Shown piece after piece: positions 52,151-64,000 of a DNA stretch of 64,000 bases. The DNA lies in assembly GCA_951406725.2 (NCBI GenBank), contig OX597831.1:37014001-37078000 (forward strand). The letters run 5' to 3'. Each line of letters begins with the position of its first letter. Within the stretch, counting starts at the first letter, position 1. Under the pieces are notes generated by a model that saw nothing but the letters and a program-made list of their open reading frames with translations, made no database searches and was not told the origin of the DNA. Source of the DNA: Octopus vulgaris. Taxonomy: Eukaryota. The translations under genes and the position numbers were made by a program.

Positions 52151-53552
52151 AAATATAGAAGCTATATCTGGATCCTTAACACTACTCACGGGCCAAAAAA
52201 TAGCCCTGTTAAGAACAGCCCACATCCTCTGCATGACTCTATCAATTCAATAATGCAATCTAAACAAAACAACCCACAAACACATGACTCATTCTATACG
52301 GCAATTCCCCAATGAAATAAACTTCCACCAACAATCCAGGTAACCAACGCATTATACATTCAATACACAATACAAGCTGTGATACAACCAAAGACTGCAC
52401 CCCAACCCCAAGAAGAAAAAATAATAACTAACGCAATGCAATACTAAGAAGTGTTTGTGTCCTCCCAACAACAGAAAAGAACGCATGATGCTGCACACAA
52501 ACCAGCAATATGGAAGTGTAGCAGGTGATGCAGTAGAAATGTGCTTCAATCTACCAAACTTTGAACACTTATATAACAATAACAATAAGAGAAATGACGA
52601 CTATGATGATGATGAGAAGGAGGAGGAGGAGGAGGAGGAGGAGAAGGAAGATTTCTTTTCGCTTAGTAAATGCATTGCCAACAACTTTAAAAACAATGAC
52701 CACAGCAACAATGTTACAAAGAAAAAAACATGACTGTTCAAAGGAAGAACAGCAGAATACAAGATGCAATCTCGGATTCAAAACGTTGTAGAACATATGT
52801 AAGGTATGTTAAAACAGAAACTGAAAAATAAAAATGAAAATATTTAATGAGAAGGTATCCTTCAATTCAAATGTTATTGAGGAAACTGAAGTTAATCTAG
52901 TTGATATAATCTCCATAATGTATCATCCTTAATTGCGGATATTCTAATCATTAGCACACTGCATTTTCTCTTGAATTGTTTGTGACACTGACCACACAAA
53001 CTACAGATAATCATTAGCAGACAAACCTCAAAGAAGGTCAAGTGGGAGATCACATCTGTCTCTAGTCTCTGATGTATTTTTTTATTCTGTATACTCGTGC
53101 CGTGTGGAGGACCAGCATGTCAAGGTATAGAGCCAACATGTTCTCTCTCCGCTAAAAGGAGGACTAAAAGAGATTGAGTGGTAAGTTATGTATTCCAAAC
53201 TCTCACTAGCAATGACTGCCTAACAGACCTATGGGTTAGATGGTTGTTCCCTGAGTAATACAAAAGCATCATTTCCCAGAAATAGGGGATCACCCACTAG
53301 CAAATGGTAGATGCACTGTTCCAGCCCATGCCCCCCATACTAAAAAGCTAAATTGTCTTCTGTTATTTTCTCCCCAAAACTTTCCATGATGCTTAGCTCC
53401 AAGTCAGAGGCTAAGCTGACCGAAAAATCGAAATGATATTTCCAGTGGTGGCCACCTCAATTATCTTTCAAACATAATGTACACGTTCTGTTAGTACTCA
53501 GTGCCTCTTTTGTTAAGACGGTATTATCCCCAATGGGATAATACCGTCTTAA

Positions 53553-53783
53553 GGCGGCGAGCTAGCAGAATCGTTAGCACGTCGGGCGAAATGCTTAGCG
53601 GTATTTCGTCTGCCGTTACGTTGTGAGTTCAAATTCCGCCGAGGTCGGCTTTGCCTTTCATCCTTTCGGGGTCGATAAATTAAGTACCATTTAAGCACTG
53701 GGGTCGATATAATCGACTTAATACCTATGTCTGTCCATGTTTGTCCCCTCTGTGTTCAGCCCCTTGTGGGTAATAAAGAAATA
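53553..53783 (+). mobile_element. Full-length family-2 SINE (tail A) with 16-bp TSD
   Basis: GGTATTATCCCCAATG at 53520-53535 and 53784-53799. Confidence 0.9.
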
Positions 53784-54508
53784 GGTATTATCCCCAATGA
53801 GAAGGATTTGGCTGCTATTTCTAGTAGGTCCACTCAGAGCTCCTCCCATTGGCTTGATAACTGTTTAAGACTTGTTTTGTTTATCTTCGTTTGCTGGCTA
53901 AAATTCAAATGCAATTAAATCAATTATAGAAGGCGTATGTCCCCTCTCCACTTCAAACCTTCTCTATCGATATTTCTCAAACTGAAATATTTCAGTTGTC
54001 ACAATGTAGTCCTTCGGGGAAAATATATCAGACAATTACTTTCTATTTTCTATCTTCAATTACACAGCAATTTATTTATACTTAATATATATATATTATG
54101 AGGTGCCATATTTTGACATGTATGTGTTTTCCTTTAGCATCGACTTCAGCCAATGAACAATTATAACTCGTCTAAAGACTTAACTGTCTCCTTCTTTGCA
54201 GAACATTCTGTTACTGACGAGAATACTGTCCAGTTCAGATGTCTGTTGCATCACTTCTTTCTTTTATCTACTCATTTCGAACATCTGACTGTGGCCATGC
54301 TGAAGCACCACCTTAACGGATGATTTTAATCAAAAATAATTATCTTGAGCAGTTAGCTTTAAATCTGGTATTTATCACATTCATCTCTTTCGCCAAACCA
54401 CCGAATTAGGGAGTGGCAGACAAACCAACACCAGTTGTCAAGAAGTGGGAGGAGACAAACACAAATACACACACGCATGCACGAACACACACAGACACAC
54501 ACTCTCAC

Positions 54509-54589
<81 letters not shown>

Positions 54590-54659
54590 ACTATCTATCT
54601 ACCTACCTACCTACCTACCTACCTACCTACCTACCTACCTACCTAACATACATACTTAC

Positions 54660-54710
<51 letters not shown>

Positions 54711-54879
54711 AATTGAGAAGAGTTGATGAGATTGTTGGAAGAACTGGAGATTGTCCAAGGTGCCATGCAGTGGGACTAAACACAGAACCATGTGGTTGGG
54801 AAGCGAACTTCCTAACCACAAACTATTACACTGCCTTTAGGAAAAGCTAAAAAATTCAAACATTGATTGAAGGGAACTG

Positions 54880-55145
54880 TAGAAAAGTAGTTTGGATGAA
54901 TTCAACAAAAATATATGATTCGAATTTCGTATTGGGACCAGAAAGCAGCCATCAGAGCGCATGGAGAATTGGGCGACTGGATTGACATTCAGAAAGGCGT
55001 CCAGCAGGGTTGTATTTTGTCATCTGATTTATTCAACCTGTATAGTGAGAAAGCTCTAAGCAAGATCAAGACAATTGCTGGTCTACAACTTGGGGAAAGG
55101 AATTATAACAATCTGAGGTACGTAGACGATACGGTTTTGTTTTTG
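54880..55145 (+). mobile_element. RTE-clade RT fragment
   Basis: YWDQKAAIR..IQKGVQQGCILSSDLFNLYSE..NNLRYVDDTVL. Confidence 0.9.
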
Positions 55146-55430
55146 GACCTCGGCGGAATTTGAACTCAGAACATAAAATCAGACGAAATACCTATTTCTA
55201 TTTCTTTACTACTTACAAGGGGCTAAAAACAGAGAGGACAAACAAGGACAGACAAACGGATTACGTAGATTATATCTACCCCAGTGCGTAACTGGTACTT
55301 AAGTTATCGACCCCGGAAGGAAGAAAGGCAAAGTCGACCTCGGCGGAATTTGAACTCAGAACATAACGGCAGACAAAATACGGCTTCGCATTTCGCCCGG
55401 CGTGCTAACGTTTCTGTCAGCTCGCCGCCT
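55146..55430 (-). mobile_element. Family-2 SINE dimer joined at GGTATT
   Basis: Junction AATACC 55187-55192. Confidence 0.85.
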
Positions 55431-55876
55431 TAAAGACTTATAGAATAATAAGAGACCTAAAAAATTAGGTATTGAAATTGGTTGGTTCATTTAAACCGTT
55501 CATGGTGATACTCCAGAATATCTGCAGTCCAATGACTGAAACATTTAAAAGGATCAAATCATAAATATATTGTTAATTTCAAGGTAGGAGAAAAGGAAAA
55601 ACATTATATTTGAGTACGTATCGTACGAATGTAAAAGCATTATGTAAACGTATGGCGGACAATAGGGATGAATATTTCATGAGTTAATATTAAACAGGAA
55701 GTTGCTCAGTTTAGATATATTGCAAATGTAATTGTCTTAGCGTTGTTGGTGCCAAGTAACTGCATAGATTTAGGACGTTCTTGTTTAAATGATTCCTGTA
55801 TGTTGAAATTTTACACACTGAGGCCTGTTTACAGTGTTTCTTACATTGAAATGAAATAGATCAGCATAATTTGCAT

Positions 55877-56010
<134 letters not shown>

Positions 56011-56033
56011 CATATACACATATATATATATAT

Positions 56034-56075
<42 letters not shown>

Positions 56076-56379
56076 TCATACGTATCTTTATATACATACA
56101 CATGCATATATATTTTATATGTATGCATATATTTACACATACACACACATGTACACATATGCGTGTGCACCCACACATGCACACATATGAACACACACAC
56201 ATATATTTTTGGTATAGATTTATCTCTCTGTCTGTCACTCTCTATTTTCTATGTATGTATGTACGTATGTATGTATGAATATATCTATGTATCTATGTAT
56301 GTATGTATGTATGTATGTATGTATGTATCTATCTATCTATCTATCTATTTATCTATCTATATGTCTGTCTCTATGTCTG

Positions 56380-56426
<47 letters not shown>

Positions 56427-56440
56427 GTATGTCTGTCTAT

Positions 56441-58358
56441 GGACATCTATCGAGACCCTTCGACATCGCACGTTCGGTCCGTCAGGGATGCCCCCTCTCG
56501 TCGCTTCTATACGTATTGACTCTCGAGCCATTATTGCGGAAGCTGGCAACTTTGAGAGGCATCCCGCGAGAGCTGGGATGCGGGACGAGCGTGTCTGCAT
56601 ACGCGGACGACGTCACCGTCATAGTGTCTAGCCACGAGCACATCGAGCAGGTCGGCGAGACACTGAAAAACTACGAAGCGGTGACAGGAGCGAAAATCAA
56701 CCGGGAAAAGTCAGTGGGCTTGCGACTAGGCACTTGGAGAAGCAAGCCCATGCCGTCCACCAGCGCCTCCGTCGTGGGACGCTGGACCGACGGCCCGGTT
56801 GAGTTGCTCGGGGTCTGGTTTGGTCCGGACCTCCAAGTGGAGAAGAACTGGAACGAGATAACGAGTAGGGTGGTCACTCTCGCCCGGCAATGGGCCGAGA
56901 GGAAACTGTCCCTAAAAGGTCGGGCGGAGGTGGCGAACACGTACATCGCGTCCGTCATCTACTACCGCCTGACCGTCGTACCTTGTCCCGACCCTACCAT
57001 CACCAAACTACAACGCATTCTCTTTCGCTTCTTGTGGAGAGGATGCGTCCCGATGGTCAGGCGATCCATTTGCTGTCAACACCCGTTAAAAGGAGGGCTG
57101 GGCATGCCGTGGTTGATGATGCGCAGACACGCGCTGAGACTGCGACATCTCTGGCTCTATGTAGACGACGGTGAACAGGTGTGGTCGCCGTTTGTGAGGC
57201 ACGCTTTCCCGCAGCTCGTCTCCATGACCGAACTGCAGTCGTGGATCAAAAAGAGGCCGAGGAAGGGCGAATGGCACCGCGAGTGTCGCGTTGCTCTCAA
57301 GCAACTCTGCCGTCCTGGGTCGACCTTGAGTGACTTCAACACAACCAAAGCATTCTATAGGGGTTTAGTGGAGGGGAGGTACGACGACGAGCTCGGGGCG
57401 AACCTGGACGTCGACGAGGAGTACCTGACCCGCCTGTTCAGGACGACTTTCGGGCCAGGACCCATGGACAACTTCCAGAGATCCCCGGCCTGGCAGTGCT
57501 ACCGAGAAGCGCTACCCGTTCGGGATAAGCTCTACAGACACGGCTCGAGAAACACGGGGCCGACCTGCCCGCGATGCGGTCAGAGCGACGAAACCGTTCT
57601 GCACGCACTCGTGCAGTGTCCAACAATTTCCGACCTGTGGGCTTGTGTCGAACAACTGCTGTCACGTGTGGGACGAGTCGGTTTATCAGCTGAATCTATC
57701 GTCAATATTGTCACGCCTCCTTCCTTCAAACGGGAAGGAAGAGCTATTTTCATCATCCTTGTGGCTATGGCGAAAGAATGTATCTGGTGGACGCGTCTGA
57801 AAGGATTGGAGACAAACACTTTCCTCTCTGGTCAATCTCTCATCAACTTCTTCAAGTACCACTTGAAAAGGAAAGTGAGAGTAGAGAGGCAAGTTTTGTC
57901 TAGCGAATGTTTAAAAAAAAGATGGGTGAATGTAGCAAGAATGGCACGTATGAATGACGAAGCCACCTTGAGCATAATCCTATGAACCCAGAAATTGAAA
58001 ACAGAGAGTTGCTTATTTGCAAAAAAAAAAAAGAAATATAACATGTGACTTCATTGACCGAGGTTACCGTGGTCTTTTCCGTAGGCTTTTCTTTCCACGG
58101 GTAAGCCTCACCTGTCCTCCCCTTTACACTTCATATTGACATTTCTGTGATAACGATCCCTATTGATCAATTTTTTTTTTCTTTCCTCTCCCCCATTTTT
58201 TTTTAACCTCCCCCTTTTTTTTGTCCTCTTTCTCTCCTTTTACGATCCCTTTTGATCGAAACTCCCCCCTTCCTTTTTTTTTTTAACCTTCAAAAGAAAA
58301 GCTCTACCTTGTAATTTGTTCTATCTGTGTGCAGCCCTGTGTGGCTAATAAAGAAACA
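56441..58358 (+). mobile_element. Young 5'-truncated Tx1/L1-clade LINE (RT C-half + zinc-binding domain; ORF open to 57985)
   Basis: [47 protein letters not shown]; no stops over ~515 codons; 19-bp TSD TATCTGTATGTCTGTCTAT (56422-56440 / 58359-58377). Confidence 0.95.
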
Positions 58359-58372
58359 TATCTGTATGTCTG

Positions 58373-58451
<79 letters not shown>

Positions 58452-58452
58452 G

Positions 58453-58561
<109 letters not shown>

Positions 58562-59099
58562 ATCTATGTGTTGCCTGCGAAAAGGTGTGCCTTCCAGTTG
58601 GAAGATAGAAAAAGGCATGGTCAGAAAACCCCATGCTGTTCTCTCTGCCAGCCAGCACAGCTGTGCATCATGCAATAGAATGGACAAATCTTTGACAGAG
58701 CTCCAAAGTCACACAATTGCCTCACATTGCATTCAATGTTTCTTTCTAGTATTGGCTTTGGTTGTATATGAGAAAGCAGCTACTAAATATGTATATATAT
58801 ATGTGTGTGTGTGTGTGTTGTTGCTAGCATCCTTTTTGTCTCAGGAGGCAATGGCGTTGCTCATAAAATAATCCAGTTTGGTTTTTTGCGCAAGCCTGGT
58901 CTAGATGTAAGAAAATCTTGGGTAGCCCAATCGTCAAGATTCCTCTCTCGACCTTACTGACGTAGTCCAAAGGAGTGCAGAGAGCATTACGTTTGATGAT
59001 GATGAGGATGATGATGATGATGACTTTTTAAAAAACCTTTACATAATGATATCCTTTCGAGAACATGTTTCTTTATTTTTTCTTATATTTCTTTAACTC

Positions 59100-59240
59100 G
59101 CTGGTCAGTGGCAAAATTTCAAGCAAGAGGAATAAATCCAGCAGGTCTTTGAAGCTCATCGAAAGAGTCCGATGAGTGTTGAATCGCATTGTGATGAAAA
59201 ATCACCGGACAACTGTCCGTAAACTATACAGCCAACTAGA
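59100..59240 (+). mobile_element. Tc1 transposase HTH fragment
   Basis: KLIERVR*VLNRIVMKNHRTTVRKLYSQL. Confidence 0.65.
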
Positions 59241-59468
59241 AACGGTATTTCTTTGGGATAAATAACAGTAACATTCCTCCTTTTTATGGGACTGCCACAT
59301 TAAGTTGGCAACAATCCATCACTTTATCGTGCTGTTACTGCATAACTCTCTCTGAGAGATTTAGAAATGTAATATTTCTATTTTTGTAGATCAGTAAATG
59401 TAATTCACTTGGAATTCTGTAAGTTTTCAACAGCCGATTGGCAGCGACATCGAGCAAGGTCAAGCTAG

Positions 59469-59511
59469 TCCCGACTGACGAAGAGTAATAACCCTAAAAC
59501 TAGTTACTGGA
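59469..59511 (+). ncRNA. Degenerate hammerhead motif between two ~65-bp direct repeats (~59265-59325 / 59598-59658)
   Basis: CTGACGA-AGAGT-AATA-ACCCT-AAAA-CTAG-TT-ACTGGA. Confidence 0.5.
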
Positions 59512-59672
59512 TGCTGGCTTTGCTGGGTAGAGGTGTTTATCTCCCCTACTCGGAAACGTAAGGATGCAGAACGCTTGTGTCACGTAGCGAACTAGAAACA
59601 GTAACAGTTTTCCTTTTCCTGGGACTGCCACATGAAGTTGGCAACAAGCCATCATTATATATATATATATAT

Positions 59673-59738
<66 letters not shown>

Positions 59739-60796
59739 CTGAATCCTCGCCTCATATATATATGTGTGTGTGTGTGATACATATTTATAAATACATGTTA
59801 CACACAAAAATTACAAACCTCAAATTTGTAGAGAAGGGAAGAGAGAAGTAAAGACAGAAAGTGAGAGAGAGAGAGAGAGAGAATAAAAGAGGAGGAGAGG
59901 GAGAGGAAGGAAGTGGGAGTGTTTTTTTGTATAATTGTTTGTCCAAGCAAATGATAACATATTTAAGTAGTTGCAATACGGAGGTGGAGGGTAGGGTAGG
60001 GTAGTAGGGATGAGTCTTCATTTTGTTGTTTGGGGTGTTAATAAGAGAGTTCGGCATGTAGTGAGGATGTCGTGGGCTGTGTAGAGAGGAACTTCTCAAG
60101 CTCTCTATCTATCATCAATTACAAGCTTGTATGATTGATTGGTTATTTACTTCATTATTTATATGCTGGTTTGATTTCCTTCAAATTAACATATGTCTAT
60201 TTATTTATTCATCTATTTATCTGTTTATTTATTTATTTATCCGTGTATTTGTTGTTTGCATCAGTAACCAGGAGTTTCTAATTGTAAAGGAAATAAATAG
60301 ACAAATAAAAAAAAATAACAAATAAATGAAATAAGGAATAATTATAGAAAAGATAATAATGATGTATACTGGAAGTGTTGGTTTCGTTGTAGTTGTTGTA
60401 GTTATTGTTGTTGTTGTTGTGGTAGCTTGGGTAATTTCTTCACAGATCGGATGCTACTCTTCTTGACAATCAACATTAATGAACCATTCAGAGTAAATAA
60501 GATATTGGAAGTAAAAAAAAAACAAACAAACAGAAAAACAACACAACCACCACAAAAAAAGCAAAGGCAAACGATAAATAATTACATGATTTATAAGAAT
60601 ATTTGCTGAGCTAAAGAAAAAAACATACCAAAAAAATATCTGCATTAGTGCAACCCTCGTAAATGCAAAATGCACACATACAGGTGAAGACATATATAAC
60701 TGAATACTGACATTTGTTTATATACACATACATACATAATACCTACATGCATTCATACATACATATATATAAATATAGATATTTATATATATGTAA

Positions 60797-60854
<58 letters not shown>

Positions 60855-61213
60855 ATAGATACATACATTTGTTTTATATGTGTATATGTGTGTGTGTGTG
60901 TACAGGATGTCTGATAATGTTGAGGTACATTTTAAATGAAAGGAACTAGGATTGGACGCAGCAGTTTTATTTGTGTGAGTGTTCGATATATAGATAAACA
61001 AAATATGTGTAACGTATAAGACATCCTGTTCGTACAAATATACGTAGGCGCAGACGCGGAAGTGTGGTAAGGAGCTTGCTTCCCATCCACATTATTCCGG
61101 GTTTAATCCCACCGAGTGGCACTTTGGGCAAGTGTCTTCTTCTATACCTTCAGGCCGACAAGAAACTTGTGAGTGGATTCGCTAGACGGAAACTGAAAGA
61201 AGCCCATATACAT

Positions 61214-62180
61214 ACAGGGTGCGTAAGATATTTGAGGACATACACTTATTAGCATTACTGCATTTTTTTGTTAAATCTGTATAATCTTTGTTTCAGAAAC
61301 ACATAAAGGCAGACCTTCAGCTTACTCAAGAAATGAAGCGGCATGCTGTAATTGTGGCCGTAAAGGCTGACCATAGTGGTTTAGAAATATCTTGATTATA
61401 AAATTTTCCAGATCTTTCGTCTACGAAATTTTTAAGGAGTTAGAGATTGAAAATGGAAACGTATCACCAGTATCAGAACACCTGAATTTATCCAGCAACT
61501 TCAACAGACCATTGATCACAATCCCAGAAAGTTCATGAGGTCAATTGCAAAATATCTCCCTGCGTCAGAAGGAATAGTCAGAAATGTAGTCCACGAAGAC
61601 ATCAGATATAAGACTTATATAATGAGGAAAGATCAGTTTGTCAGAAAAGGGGAAAGAAAATAATTACATCAGATCTAAAAGGTTCTTAAACTGAAAAATC
61701 CACCAGAAGATTTGATTTGGGTTTTCTCAAACGAATAAAACTTTAACCAAGATGAAAAAATTAACAGAAGAAATGACAGATGGTTATGTGTAGACCCTTT
61801 TGAAGCTTCAAGTGTTATGCATACGAAATGTCCTACAACTGTCATGGTTTTAGAGGTTTCCTTAGTTCTTTCCACCAGGCATTGGAGTTAACTCTCCCGC
61901 CAACATTGAGGCCCTGGAAATGCTTGTTAAGACCTGGATAGACAGTGAATGCAATGAAAGGTCATGTGTTTCAGTAAGACTCTGCACCATTACACATGGC
62001 TCAAGTAACACAGGAGTGGATGGTTGAAAATGTTCATGATCACAGAACCCCTAACATTTGGCCTTTTAATTCCCCAGATCTCAATTCATTGGACTATTAC
62101 AGGTGGAGCGTTGTTGGGAGAGAGGTCAATGAACACGCCCATAACACCAAAGATTCTTTGAAAGTTGGCATAGTCAGAGT
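61214..62180 (+). mobile_element. Decayed DD37D (maT-type) Tc1/mariner transposon
   Basis: TA-CAGGGTG terminus; DSAPLH..WPFNSPDLNSLDY with 37 residues between the two Asp. Confidence 0.85.
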
Positions 62181-62792
62181 CCACTTACATGGCAAAAATG
62201 AGTTGTTACTGTAATTCAAAGGGCCAGCCTTGTCATATTCTGTCATGCTGAACTTCCCTAAGAACTATGTTAAGGGTATGCATGTCTGTCAAGGGCACAG
62301 AAAGTTTTATATTAACAGGTTGTTCCAATGATCAGATCAGGTGGAACATTCATCATGGTAACTGACGTGAGTGCCACAAAGAAATTTTAAAATAACTAAA
62401 AATATCGATATTTTGTTACATTCGTTTTAATAAGCCAATTTCCTATTTATGAACCAATCAGGCAAAAATATGTGTAATTGTGACGCTTAACATTCTCTCT
62501 GAGACATCCGTGGCTCAAGTAATTTAAAATGGGTTTTCCTGAAAATCAGAATTATATGGTATATTTACTGGAAACCTACCTGTTGCGTGAACATTCTAAC
62601 CTTTTGCGAAAAACAAATATTCTGTATTGTAAAAAGTTATGGAATATGTTTGCAAAACTTTGTTTCAAAATTTTCAACAAAATTATATAAATTCATTGTA
62701 TTTCGCATATTTCATCATATGAATACATGCATCAAATAAATGGTTTCTATTAATCTGTTTACCTTTCTATCTATCTATGTTTCTCTCTATCC

Positions 62793-62835
<43 letters not shown>

Positions 62836-62867
62836 TATCTGTCTGTGTGTGTGTGTGTGTGTATACG

Positions 62868-62920
<53 letters not shown>

Positions 62921-62945
62921 CTTAGGCGTGTATATTAATAGTTTC

Positions 62946-62996
<51 letters not shown>

Positions 62997-63412
62997 CACA
63001 CATATCTAAGAATATTACATGCACACACTCACATTTCTCACAAAGAATGATCATGCAGTTTCAGACATGTCTAGCATATAGCCTATTAATAATTTCCAGC
63101 TATATTACTTATGTATATATCTTAATAATGTCTGTTTGTAGAAACATGTGAGTGTGTTTACAAACAGCGTCAACATCAACAAAAACCATAACAGCAATAA
63201 CAACAGCAAGAACAACATTAATAATAATATGAAGAACGAGAACAAGAAGAAACGGAAAACGAAGAAGACAGTTTAAAAGAAAAGGAAAAAAACGGTAACA
63301 TATGTCATGCAGAGCTAACTTTCTTGAAATTTATGTAATCTATTTTTAAATAACATTCGTATGCTCCTACATAGACACATTGATGAATATCTTAACGAAA
63401 ACAATGACATTG

Positions 63413-63469
<57 letters not shown>

Positions 63470-63588
63470 TTAAACAAATAGATAAATAAATAGATAAATC
63501 ACAAAAAAAATACAAAATCTTTTTTGACAAAGCAGAAATAATAAACAATAAAATGAATATATTGTACATACATATATACGTTCGTAAG

Positions 63589-63635
<47 letters not shown>

Positions 63636-63884
63636 ATGAATATATATTTATATACTTATATATACTCATACATAAATATATATATACATACATATATAGA
63701 TATATACATATTTATGTATGCGTGTGTTTGTGTGTGTATATACTTATATATATATATAGATAGATAGATACATACATTTTTATTTTCGTATGTATAAATA
63801 TATATATTTCTACATACACACAAATATGCATGCACATACATACATACATATATATAAATATATATATATATATATGTATGTATG

Positions 63885-63918
<34 letters not shown>

Positions 63919-64000
63919 CATATTTATGTGTGTATATATATATAAATCAGTTATATTGTAATTGAGATGTCTGGGTGGGATAGTACCTCTGAAAGGGGCA

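Noticed and set aside
56303-56440. N-terminal part of the 560-aa ORF
   Set aside because: Microsatellite read in frame by chance; the LINE starts at 56441 after the TSD

Overview
AT-rich, microsatellite-saturated eukaryotic genomic DNA. The SINE families and repeat landscape point to a coleoid cephalopod, probably Octopus (inference). I find no convincing host protein-coding gene; nearly all ORF-track entries are translations of (TA)n, (CA)n, (TATC)n, (TAA)n or (GAT)n. The window is an intergenic/intronic transposon graveyard: several tRNA-derived SINE families, three R4/Dong-type fragments in (TAA)n, Tx1/L1, CR1 and RTE LINE fragments, mariner, Tc1 and DD37D DNA transposons, and a probable non-autonomous Helitron. 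The main non-obvious signals are: (1) about a dozen minimal type-I hammerhead ribozyme motifs, mostly in foldback Penelope-like remnants, one fused behind a tRNA head; (2) an RT-less 'half-LINE' encoding a gag-like ORF1 with a UIM-like repeat, nested in the Helitron; (3) a 3' stem-loop tail shared by that element, a Tx1 LINE and a SINE subfamily; (4) that SINE repeatedly inserting at GGTATT, including into itself; (5) an old duplicated promoter/exon-like block. All calls were made by eye and coordinates are approximate.
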